From Tubulanus polymorphus (lineage: Eukaryota; Animalia; Nemertea), in contig NC_134036.1 in NCBI RefSeq assembly GCF_964204645.1, positions 11,077,859 through 11,141,858 on the forward strand: a stretch of DNA of 64,000 nt. The letters run 5' to 3'. The notes under the pieces are model-generated. The model was not told where the DNA came from. It made no database searches and saw only the letters and a list, made by a program, of their open reading frames with translations. This document shows positions 13,400 through 25,438 of this stretch, one piece after another. Position numbers and translations under genes: made by a program. Numbering within the stretch: the stretch's first letter is position 1; every line of letters starts with the position of its first letter.

Positions 13400-15870
13400 C
13401 TTCGTCACCCTTCGAAAGACTAGAGATTTATGTACAGAGGCTTGCGCCTATAACAAGTTCACCCCGCAAGGTATCGGTAAATGTTAAATTATCAGTTGTA
13501 CACAACCAACAAGTCACTTGCATGCTTGATCTATATCCCTTATATATAATTCATCCCACAAGTATAGGTGTACCTTAAAAACAGTTTTAGAGAACTGACT
13601 CAATTGGGACACATAGGGACAACGGGAAAATGTCAGAATTAGAAAAATTGTTATTTACGAATCCGAGTCGCATTTTGGAGGTTTTCTTAGAGTAATATGC
13701 GTAAGCTACAGATTAAGACCCTAACCCTAATGACACAGGGTCAATGCTATTTTCTATAGCGGACTTCTATTGTGCTTATCATGTTTGTCCGTCATCAGAA
13801 AAATCATTCTGCCGGTACATAATAGACACTGCACGCCGGTGACAATCTTTTCTAAAAAGAACTGAAATTAGCTAGTCCCTTTGAAACTCTCTGAACTGAT
13901 ATTTCTGACTTCTAGAATCCAATTTTGATAAAAGATTTTAATAGGAAAATAATCTGGAAAAATTCGGGATGCAACTTTGAATAGTCAGACATACACTAGT
14001 TCTACTGTATAAGTTTGCCAGGACTAAAAGATAATTCACCTCACAGATCGGCCTATTAGGCCTAGTCGAAAAACTTAGTCCTGGTGATTCCACTGCAACC
14101 AGTCTTGAAATTTGTGAAAAGCAGATATACGGTACAGTGCATCAAACTGTTTGCCCATGAGTAAAACTGGATATATTGGACACAAGATGGCCATCCTGTG
14201 ACATTTTTTGTGCCCAAAATAGTCATTTTTGGCCTCAATTTCGAGTGTTACTTCCTATGTTGTTGTCATGGTATATTTAGGGAAGGGATCTTGAAAATAT
14301 TAGACAGGTTTTCAGTCTTTTCAATAAGAAATTGCCAAGTCAGGTCCCTTTGAAAAACAGGAGGGTCCCATAATTATCTGGTTGTACTCAAACCTGCAAG
14401 GAACCTATGCCGTAATACTGGCTGTACTAAGAACTGCAAGAAACATTTAATGGTCCGAGAAACGAAAGCGGGTTGGAAAAAAACAGGCGGGAACGAACTA
14501 AAAGCACCTATCAATTTCAACGCAAGATGTTAAATAAATTCATAGTCGGTGAGATATATGGATAGATTGTGGGGGTTAATTTCTCAAGTTTGGTGGAGTG
14601 GAATCACCCTAGTGAGCTCTGGAACAATAGGAATATCATGCCAAAGCATTGCCTGTTTTAAACACCCCACGAAAGACTAGAGATTTATGTGCCTGTGCCT
14701 ATAAATAATTCACCCCACAAGGTATTGGTAAATCTTAAATTATCAGTTGCACACAACCCACAAGTGACTCATATGCTTGATCTAAGTCACTTATAGATAA
14801 TTCACCCCACAAGTATAGGTGCACCCTATAAACAGTATTAAATGTTACTAAAAGTTAACTAGGACTATAAGATAATTCACCTTACAAATAGGAGGCCTAT
14901 TAGTTTATAAGCTTAGTCCTGGTGGTTTCACTGAAACCAGTTTTGTTTTCCAAAATAAATGTATGCCAAAATAAATGTATGTTACAGTGCATCAAAGCGT
15001 ATATGTCTATGTTTGTGATTCTAAATGAGACAGGTAAATCAAATCAGAAGGGAAAAATGAGACGATTGATCTTCTAGTAAATTTCTGTGTAATAATAACT
15101 TTTATAACAATATGCAATACATATTTCATGCATAAGGTCAATAGACAATGCATTTCGGGAGGGGCAGTAAACCCAACCATTTCGAAAAAGATGACACATA
15201 GTTTCTTTGTCATATATGGACCATTTCTTGGCTTCGAACGTTTTTGGCTTGTTGGGTTGGAATACCTTGTGGTGGTTTAGCTTGTTTTGCACTTCATGAC
15301 TATTAATGTACTGGTTAGGCCCTACAACAGTTCTGTCAGCTTTACACATACTACAAGTGACGAATTACATCTTTATGGCCTGCACCTGAAATTAAGTAAA
15401 CCAATATATGTTCATTAAGTCTAACTCAGGTTGACTGATGACCTGACCACCTGTACATGCTTGATCTGTATAGGCCATGGATAGATAATTCACCCCACAA
15501 GTAAAGGCAAATCCTAATGACAATATTTATTTTAACCATAAGCTGCTGAGATGATTCACCCCACAAATATTTTTCACTGCGTGTGAGAATATTATTCACT
15601 GGGGGTGAAAATATTATTCACTGGTGGTGATTCTACGCAAATACATAACTCTCTGCCGATAACAGATTATAGTAATTTCAAACAAAATGGAAAAATTACA
15701 AACGTTGATTTGTAATGAAATGTGGTGTATCATGTGGTATAACAGCTTTATTCACCGCACTTGGTATAGGTGAAGTAAATAGGTAAAGCATAATCAGTTG
15801 CATGTACACAGCCCGCTAATCACTTGATATCTAGAAGTCACTTATAGATCATTCATGCATCCTATATTTA
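13400..15870 (+). repeat. Dispersed repeat with internal reiteration of GATAATTCACCCCACAA; 14218-14840 recurs inverted at 60265-60770
   Basis: The block at 13410-13595 recurs at 14670-14840, and collinear reverse-complement matches are visible at 60265-60770. Confidence 0.8.
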
Positions 15871-16916
15871 ACTTCAGTCATATTACTTAAGTCTTATACG
15901 AATAAGCTCAAGGACTCTTTTTCGTTAAAGTGTAGGATTTTATATCATTTTTGTGAAGCTTTCACTATCATTTAATTTTCTTTTTCAGAGTCTTGTCACC
16001 CGTATCATCTTCCTTCATTTAAGAGGTTTCTTAAAGGACATGAACAATCTGGTATGTATTTCCCATCGTGCAACCTTGTCCATTAAAATATAAGTTTAAC
16101 TTGAAGTGTAAATTTGAATACCATCAACTTTTCACCCTTGGCTAGAGGGCCCCGAGTAAGAGTTTATTCCGGCTGTACAGATTTTGTTCAATTTTCTCAT
16201 TACTTGGTAGGTGGATTATGGATGGGAGGAGGATGTATAGTATCGTTTTTGAAGTATGTCGGTAATCTAAGATGGTGTAATAGCCATGTTTGTGGGAATA
16301 AGAGTGGACCTTGATCATTCCGACATGATTTGGCCTGGGCTAAATTGGTACGGAACAGGCCCATGCCTTATTAGGGAGTGCGGTCAAACGTAAACCACTC
16401 ACTCCTCACTAAACTATGCTTAAAGAAAGTGAAATGAGTTACTTCCGGAACTTGTAGTGATTTCTATGCAATGATTTGGCTCGAGTCTGGTCCGACGTTT
16501 TTGCTCGTGCAAAACAGGCACAGGCCCAATTGGCACTTATGTGAACAATTGTTCTGGGTCAAATTTGGCACAGGCCAAGAACACTTGTGTGTTCGCGGCT
16601 TATGTCTACTTTTGAATGATCTAGTTAATCCAAGGTGGCGGCCACAGCCATATTTGTGCTTGAAATTGATATTCTGTACCTTTTTCTTCAGTCTTTAGTT
16701 ATGGACTTATGTTCTTGTAGATTGTGGATGAAAGGAGGATGAGCTCTATTATTTTTGACCTATGTACATCAACCATGATCGAGAACCTTTAGAAATATTT
16801 GATCTTTCAGATGCAAAGAGTTACTCACAAATCGACAATGGAAGTGATGAAGAAAGTGACGAGAGTTCGGTAGCAGAAAGCAGTGGCAGTGAATATCAAA
16901 TAGAAAATGGATCACT

Positions 16917-16917
<1 letters not shown>

Positions 16918-16983
<66 letters not shown>
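16918..16983 (+). repeat. (GAT)22 microsatellite within acidic ORF 16762-17052
   Basis: Direct count. Confidence 0.98.
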
Positions 16984-16985
<2 letters not shown>

Positions 16986-17249
16986 CCATGGTCCACTTAT
17001 TCCCATTTGTGGTCCAATGATTCCCAGTTTCGTGGTCCAATGTTTCCCATAATGGGAATCATTGGACCATGAATGGGAATCATTGGATCACGATGGGAAT
17101 CAGTGGGCCACGGGTGGGTATTAATGGACCACTGGGAATAAGCGTGACATTAGTTTTCAGGTGATATCACTAGATGGCGAAAGAGTCAAAATAAGTTATA
17201 CCATGTCGTACGGTCCTGCACTGGCATGCGACCCGGGAAATAATGGACC

Positions 17250-18780
17250 ACAAAAATTGATGATTGAAAACTACAAAACTAGTAGCCCAATGTGCCTGAA
17301 ATTTCTAGGTCACATAGGGAAGGGCCTAATGTAAGTGAAAAAAATCAAAATCGCACGCAAAACGGTCCAGTGAACAATAGCGCCCCCTACAAAAGTGTCG
17401 CAAAAAATCAATATTTTTGGAAAATGAAAACCAGAATTAGGTATTGAATATCTAATTATTTAAAACAGTTTCCTTTAAAAAGGAGGATGTAAGAATTTCG
17501 ATATATAAAACATGTATACACGTGACGACTTATTCAAAACCCTGACCACAACTATATTCTAACTTGTTGGTAGACGTTTTTTAGTACCCAGATATCCCTG
17601 GAACTTCTCGGGACAGATAAATAATACAGGCGGCAACGAAGTGTACAACCATTGAAAACTCTTTTTTCTCGATAAAAAAGAATGCCTCGGTCCAAATCGA
17701 AAAAAAAGAGCGGGAAAATAAAGTTGAAAAATTATCTGATTAAGTCTAGACCCTATAAAAGTGCACACCTTCTCAAACTTCGGAGGACATTTTACGTAGC
17801 CCTGTAGTCTACAGCCCTGGAATTTCTTAGGCATATAGGGAAGAGCTTACCATTTGCGTGCAACTGTTAAAATCGCACGCACAGGGGTCCGGTGAACAGT
17901 AAGTAGTGTAAAAATTGATATTTTCATAAAATTTTGAAACCTCGTTCAATAAATATTTATTCATTTAAAACAGTTTCCATTAAAAGGAGGGTCTTCTGAA
18001 ATTTCGATATATGAAACATGTATACACTTCCACAGGAGGCATTTGGTTAGATTATTCTAACTTGTCGCGTGATCTGTTCTTGTACCCTGATGGCCCTGGA
18101 ACGTCTCAGACAGAAAAATACATGCGAAACATTAGTGTCGAACCAATGAAATTCCACGCATGGAGACCTGGGGCCGGTTGCATAGTCATGGCTTAGACTT
18201 AAGACCAGTCTAAGACCAACTTAGTTCTATAGCCAATCTAACAACTTAAGACCGGTCTTGAAATTTGAAACCATTTTTGGACTCTAGTCTCAACTGAGGA
18301 ACCGGCCATAGTCAAGACCAACTTAGTTCTATAGCCAACCTAACAACTTAGGACCAGTCTTAAGATTTAAGACCACTTTTGGGCTTAAGTCACGACAGTG
18401 CAACTGACCCCTGGTGAACGGCCACGCCATCTATATAAATTGTCGAAATCTGTGTAAAAATTGATTTTTTAAAGATCTTTTCGAGTACCCAGACGGCTCT
18501 GGAACCTCTCAGACAGATGAATACCTGCAAAAACGGAGCGTATTACCATCAAAATCGCACGTTCCCAGGTTCGGTGGACGGTAATGCCCCCTATAAAAAT
18601 CGTCAAAATAAGTGTAATATTTTCAAACAAAAATGTTTAAACATATTTAAAAAATATTAAATTATTTCAAACAATGTTCTTTAAAGAGGAGGGTTTCTGA
18701 GAATTTCGATATATAAAACATATATATGATATACGTCCATGGGAGGCGCTTTGTTAGAATTTTGAAGATACCGCGTAAAT
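17250..18780. repeat. Diverged tandem repeat (about 3 units)
   Basis: AAACAGTTTCC.TTAAA.GGAGG...GAATTTCGATATAT.AAACAT recurs at about 17460, 17965 and 18670. Confidence 0.7.
18171..18410. mobile_element. PIF/Harbinger-like MITE
   Basis: TIR GGGCCGGTTGCA / TGCAACTGACCC, 3-bp TSD CTG, internal direct repeats. Confidence 0.85.
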
Positions 18781-19105
18781 CATAACATTCTAACGTATTG
18801 ATGATGTGAGCAGTCATTAGGAGGGATCTTTAAAGGTGTGCTATCTTTAAATGATGAATAAAGTTAAAAAATTGATGTATATCCTGTTTTTACCCGATTG
18901 ATTTCTGAAGATGAGATTGATCGAATGATTCTCGAAAACAAGAAAAACATCATTGGGACTAATCTGCAACTAAGGAAACACATCATTCAGTCGACCGTCA
19001 TTTTACCCTCAAATAATACCAGTCCTGTCCTGTCAAAACTTTACCAATACGATGTATTAAACAGGAGCCCTTTGAAAGACAAAAAATTCACATGAATTAA
19101 TCTCA

Positions 19106-19111
19106 TTTATT
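19106..19111 (-). promoter_or_regulatory. Candidate polyadenylation signal of the YR transcript
   Basis: First minus-strand AATAAA I could find downstream of the 25208 stop; it lies just beyond the array. Confidence 0.35.
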
Positions 19112-19189
19112 GCTGTATGATGAAACATTAATACAGAAAAAAAATACAACAGCAAGTAATAGATATTAATGAGCAAATTGCACATAGCA

Positions 19190-22100
19190 GACCCCGAAAT
19201 TGCAGCCGACAGTGAGGTTGGAGGGGGTTCGAAATCCCTGATGAAATTGTACAATGAAATGTCGTCCAACTGCCAGTTTCCCCTCCACCTCCACACTGTC
19301 AGCAACAATTGAATGAACAACAGATTGGATAACGATAATAACCTGCATAAAAACGATATAATGTAGCAGCAGAAACCTATAATAAACTGCCCGTAGTTGT
19401 TTATAAGAGACCCAAAAATAGCAGCTGACAGTATGGCGGGCGGGAGGGGACAGTCGAAATCCCTGACATAATTGTACAACAAATGTTGTACAATTGCCCA
19501 ATTCCCTTCCACCTCCACACTGTCAGCAACAATTGAATGAACAACAGATTGGAAAATGATAATAACCTGCGCAGAAACGATATAATGTAGCGGCAGAAAC
19601 CTAATAAACTGACCACATTTGTTTATAAGATACCCTGAAACTGCAGCTGACAGTGCGGCGGGCGGGAGAGATCGAAATCTCTGACATAATTGTACAACAA
19701 ATGTTGTACAATTGCCCAATTCCCTTCCACCTCCACACTGTCAGCTACAATTGAATGACCAAGAGATTGAATAATGATAAACAATTTCAGCATGACAGAA
19801 TTGTAGCGGCAGAAACCTAATGAACTGACCGCAGTTGTTTAGAGACCCTGAAACTGCAGCTGACAGTGTGGCGGGCGGGAGAGATCGAAATCCCTGACAT
19901 AATTGTACAACAAATGTTGTACAATTGCCCAATTCCCTTCCACCTCCACACTGTCAGCAACAATTGAATGAACAACAGATTGGATAATGATAATAACCTG
20001 CGCACAAACGATATAATGTAGCGGCAGATATCCTTAGCAACTGACTACAGTTGTTAAGAGACCCTGGAATTGCAGCTGACAGTGTGGCGGGCGGGAGAGA
20101 TCGAAATCCCTGACATAATTGTACAACAAATGTTGTACAATTGCCCAATTCCCTTCCACCTCCACACTGTCAGCAACAATTGAATGACCAAGAGATTGAA
20201 TAATGATAAACAATTTCAGCATGACAGAATTGAAGCGGCAGAAACCTTATGAACTGACCGCAGTTGTTTAGAGACCCTGAAACTGCAGCTGACAGTGTGG
20301 CGGGCGGGAGAGATCGAAATCCCTGACATAATTGTACAACAAATGTTGTACAATTGCCCAATTCCCTTCCACCTCCACACTGTCAGCAACAATTGAATGA
20401 CCAACAGATTGATTATGATAATAACCTGCGCACAAACGATATAATGTAGCGGCAGAAATCCTTAGCAACTGGCTACAGTTGTTAAGAGACCCTGGAATTG
20501 CAGCTGACAGTGTGGCGGGCGGGAGAGATCGAAATCCCTGACATAATTGTACAACAAATGTTGTACAATTGCCCAATTCCCTTCCACCTCCACACTGTCA
20601 GCTACAATTGAATGAACAACAGATTGGATAATGATAATAACCTGCGCACAAACGATATAATGTAGCGGCAGAAATCCTTAGCAACTGGCTACAGTTGTTA
20701 AGAGACCCTGCAATTGCAGATGACAGTGTGGCGGGCGGGAGAGATCGAAATCCCTGACATAATTGTACAACAAATGTTGTACAATTGCCCAATTCCCTTC
20801 CACCTCCACACTGTCAGCAACAATTGAATGACCAAGAGATTGAATAATGATAAACAATTTCAGCATGACAGAATTGAAGCGGCAGAAACCTTATGAACTG
20901 ACCGCAGTTGTTTAGAGACCCTGAAACTGCAGCTGACAGTGTGGCGGGCGGGAGAGATCGAAATCCCTGACATAATTGTACAACAAATGTTGTACAATTG
21001 CCCAATTCCCTTCCACCTCCACACTGTCAGCAACAATTGAATGACCAACAGATTGATTATGATAATAACCTGCGCACAAACGATATAATGTAGCGGCAGA
21101 AATCCTTAGCAACTGGCTACAGTTGTTAAGAGACCCTGGAATTGCAGCTGACAGTGTGGCGGGCGGGAAGGATCAAAATCCCTGACATAATTGTACAACA
21201 AATGTTGTACAATTGCCCAATTCCCTTCCACCTCCACACTGTCAGCTACAATTGAATGACCAAGCGATTGAATAATGATAAACAATTTCAGCATGACAGA
21301 ATTGTAGCGGCAGAAACCTAATGAACTGACCGCAGTTGTTTAGAGACCCTGAAACTGCAGCTGACAGTGTGGCGGGCGGGAGAGATCGAAATCCCTGACA
21401 TAATTGTACAACAAATGTTGTACAATTGCCCAATTCCCTTCCACCTCCACACTGTCAGCTACAATTGAATGAACAACAGATTGGATAATGATAATAACCT
21501 GCGCACAAACGATATAATGTAGCGGCAGATATTCTTAGCAACTGGCTACAGTTGTTAAGAGACCCTGCAATTGCAGCTGACAGTGTGGCGGGCGGGAGAG
21601 ATCGAAATCCCTGACATAATTGTACAACAAATGTTGTACAATTGCCCAATTCCCTTCCACCTCCACACTGTCAGCAACAATTGAATGAACAACAGATTGG
21701 AAAATGATAATAACCTGCGCAGAAACGATATAATGTAGCGGCAGAAACCTAATAAACTGACCACATTTGTTTATAAGATACCCTGAAATTGCAGCTGACA
21801 GTGTGGCGGGCGGGAGAGATCGAAATCCCTGACATAATTGTACAACAAATGTTGTACAATTGCCCAATTCCCTTCCACCTCCACACTGTCAGCAACAATT
21901 GAATGACCAAGAGATTGAATAATGATAAACAATTTCAGCATGACAGAATTGTAGCGGCAGAAACCTAATGAACTGACCGCAGTTGTTAAGAGACCCTGAA
22001 ACTGCAGCTGACAGTGTGGCGGGCGGGAGAGATCGAAATCCCTGACATAATTGTACAACAAATGTTGTACAATTGCCCAATTCCCTTCCACCTCCACACT

Positions 22101-25100
22101 GTCAGCAACAATTGAATGAACAACAGATTGGAAAATGATAATAACCTGCGCAGAAACGATATAATGTAGCGGCAGAAACCTAATAAACTGACCGTAGTTG
22201 TTTATATGATACCCTGAAATTGCAGCTGACAGTGTGGCGGGCGGGAGAGATCGAAATCCCTGACATAATTGTACAACAAATGTTGTACAATTGCCCAATT
22301 CCCTTCCACCTCCACACTGTCAGCTACAATTGAATGACCAAGAGATTGAATAATGATAAACAATTTCAGCATGACAGAATTGTAGCGGCAGAAACCTAAT
22401 GAACTGACCGCAGTTGTTTAGAGATCCTGAAACTGCAGCTGACAGTGTGGCGGGCGGGAGAGATCGAAATCCCTGACATAATTGTACAACAAATGTTGTA
22501 CAATTGCCCAATTCCCTTCCACCTCCACACTGTCAGCAACAATTGAATGAACAACAGATTCGAAAATGATAATAACCTGCGCAGAAACGATATAATGTAG
22601 CGGCAGAAACCTAATAAACTGACCACATTTGTTTGTAAGATACCCTGAAACTGCAGCTGACAGTGTGGCGGGCGGGAGGGATCAAAATCTCTGACATAAT
22701 TGTACAACAAATGTTGTACAATTGCCCAATTCCCTTCCACCTCCACACTGTCAGCAACAATTAAATGAACAACAGATTAGATAATGTTTATAACCTGCGC
22801 AGAAACGATATAATGTAGCGGCAGATATCATTAGCAACTGGCTACAGTTGTTAAGAGACCCTGGAATTGCAGCTGACAGTGTGGCGGGCGGGAAGGATCA
22901 AAATCCCTGACATAATTGTACAACAAATGTTGTACAATTGCCCAATTCCCTTCCACCTCCACACTGTCAGCAACAATTGAATGACCAAGAGATTGAATAA
23001 TGATAAAAAATTTCAGCATGACAGAATTGTAGCGGCAGAAACCTAATGAACTGACCGCAGTTGTTTAGAGACCCTGAAACTGCAGCTGACAGTGTGGCGG
23101 GCGGGAGAGATCGAAATCCCTGACATAATTGTACAACAAATGTTGTACAATTGCCCAATTCCCTTCCACCTCCACACTGTCAGCTACAATTGAATGAACA
23201 ACAGATTGGATAATGATAATAACCTGCGCACAAACGATATAATGTAGCGGCAGAAATCCTTAGCAACTGGCTACAGTTGTTAAGAGACCCTGCAATTGCA
23301 GCTGACAGTGTGGCGGGCGGGAGAGATCGAAATCCCTGACATAATTGTACAACAAATGTTGTACAATTGCCCAATTCCCTTCCACCTCCACACTGTCAGC
23401 AACAATTGAATGACCAAGAGATTGAATAATGATAAACAATTTCAGCATGACAGAATTGAAGCGGCAGAAACCTTATGAACTGACCGCAGTTGTTTAGAGA
23501 CCCTGAAACTGCAGCTGACAGTGTGGCGGGCGGGAGAGATCGAAATCCCTGACATAATTGTACAACAAATGTTGTACAATTGCCCAATTCCCTTCCACCT
23601 CCACACTGTCAGCAACAATTGAATGAACAACAGATTGGATAATGATAATAACCTGCGCACAAACGATATAATGTAGCGGCAGATATCCTTAGCAACTGGC
23701 TACAGTTGTTAAGAGACCCTGCAATTGCAGCTGACAGTGTGGCGGGCGGGAGAGATCGAAATCCCTGACATAATTGTACAACAAATGTTGTACAATTGCC
23801 CAATTCCCTTCCACCTCCACACTGTCAGCAACAATCGAATGACCAAGAGATTGAATAATGATAAACAATTTCAGCATGACAGAATTGTAGCGGCAGAAAC
23901 CTAATGAACTGACCGTAGTTGTTTATATGATACCCTGAAATTGCAGCTGACAGTGTGGCGGGCGGGAGAGATCAAAATCCCTGACATAATTGTACAACAA
24001 ATGTTGTACAATTGCCCAATTCCCTTCCACCTCCACACTGTCAGCAACAATTGAATGAACAACAGATTGGATAATGATAATAACCTGCGCACAAACGATA
24101 TAATGTAGCGGCAGATATTCTTAGCAACTGGCTACAGTTGTTAAGAGACCCTGCAATTACAGCTGACAGTGTGGCGGGCGGGAGAGATCGAAATCCCTGA
24201 CATAATTGTACAACAAATGTTGTACAATTGCCCAATTCCCTTCCACCTCCACACTGTCAGCAACAATTGAATGAACAACAGATTGGATAATGATAATAAC
24301 CTGCGCACAAACGATATAATGTAGCGGCAGATATTCTTAGCAACTGGCTACAGTTGTTAAGAGACCCTGCAATTACAGCTGACAGTGTGGCGGGCGGGAG
24401 AGATCGAAATCCCTGACATAATTGTACAACAAATGTTGTACAATTGCCCAATTCCCTTCCACCTCCACACTGTCAGCAACAATTGAATGAACAACAGATT
24501 GGATAATGATAATAACCTGCGCACAAACGATATAATGTAGCGGAAGATATTCTTAGCAACTGGCTACAGTTGTTAAGAGACCCTGCAATTACAGCTGACA
24601 GTGTGGCGGGCGGGAGAGATCGAAATCCCTGACATAATTGTACAACAAATGTTGTACAATTGCCCAATTCCCCTCCACCTCCACACTGTCAGCAACAATT
24701 GAATGAACAACAGATTGGATAATGATAATAACCTGCGCACAAACGATATAATGTAGCGGAAGATATTCTTAGCAACTGGCTACAGTTGTTAAGAGACCCT
24801 GCAATTACAGCTGACAGTGTGGCGGGCGGGAGAGATCGAAATCCCTGACATAATTGTACAACAAATGTTGTACAATTGCCCAATTCCCCTCCACCTCCAC
24901 ACTGTCAGCAACAATTGAATGAACAACAGATTGGATAATGATAATAACCTGCGCACAAACGATATAATGTAGCGGAAGATATCCTTAGCAACTGGCTACA
25001 GTTGTTAAGAGACCCTGCAATTACAGCTGACAGTGCGGCGGGCGGGAGGGATCGAAATCCCTGACATAATTGTACAACACATGTTGTACAATTGCCCAAT

Positions 25101-25197
25101 TCCCTTCCACCTCCACACTATCAGCTACAATTGAATGAACAACAGATTGAATAATGATCAACAATTTCGGAATTGTAGCGGCAGAAATCCCTGACAT
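19190..25197. repeat. Tandem array of about 28 units (213-218 bp): near-invariant 100-bp palindromic block plus spacer variants A/B/C
   Basis: 27 intact copies of AATTGTACAACA-AA-TGTTGTACAATT, first at 19470 and last at 25068 (loop CA in the last), plus a degenerate copy at about 19246. Each lies within the inverted pair GCTGACAGTGTGG...CCACACTGTCAGC. Confidence 0.97.
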
Positions 25198-25207
25198 TAC
25201 AATCATA

Positions 25208-25438
25208 CTACTTCTCCTTCAACTTGTAATGTCGAACATGCTGTCGGATCTTGTTCAGCCCCTCCCTCACATTATTTTTGCTATACTTTTTTGCAATAGC
25301 CAATATGTCTTTGTTTTGTGCGGCAACGTCCCGCATTTCTTTCATCGTAGCTTGCGTCGGGAAATTTTCAAATGCCATCCTGATTTTTATTATCTCTGTG
25401 TTCGAAAATCCTGTTTTACCAACTACGGTTGAAAGATT
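25208..25438 (-). CDS. Terminal exon of YR gene (Myb/SANT-like helical domain)
   Basis: TATTTCAG acceptor, phase 0. 76 codons (NLSTVVGKTGFSNTEIIKIRMAFENF...LNKIRQHVRHYKLKEK) followed by TAG. Confidence 0.78.
   Translation of the reverse strand, partial: NLSTVVGKTGFSNTEIIKIRMAFENFPTQATMKEMRDVAAQNKDILAIAKKYSKNNVREGLNKIRQHVRHYKLKEK

Noticed and set aside
16769-16996. Poly-His ORF
   Set aside because: It is the antisense of the (GAT)n microsatellite.
18898-19095. LQLRKHII resembling a YR box II motif
   Set aside because: Isolated short match with no following His/Tyr motif.
19190-25197. CRISPR array
   Set aside because: Eukaryotic context, 100-bp repeats, spacers are homologous variants rather than unique sequences, and there are no cas genes.
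19057-25206. Dozens of 60-220 aa ORFs (MGNCTTFVVQLCQG...)
   Set aside because: By-products of the tandem repeat; unit lengths of 215 and 218 break the frame and there is no consistent reading frame.
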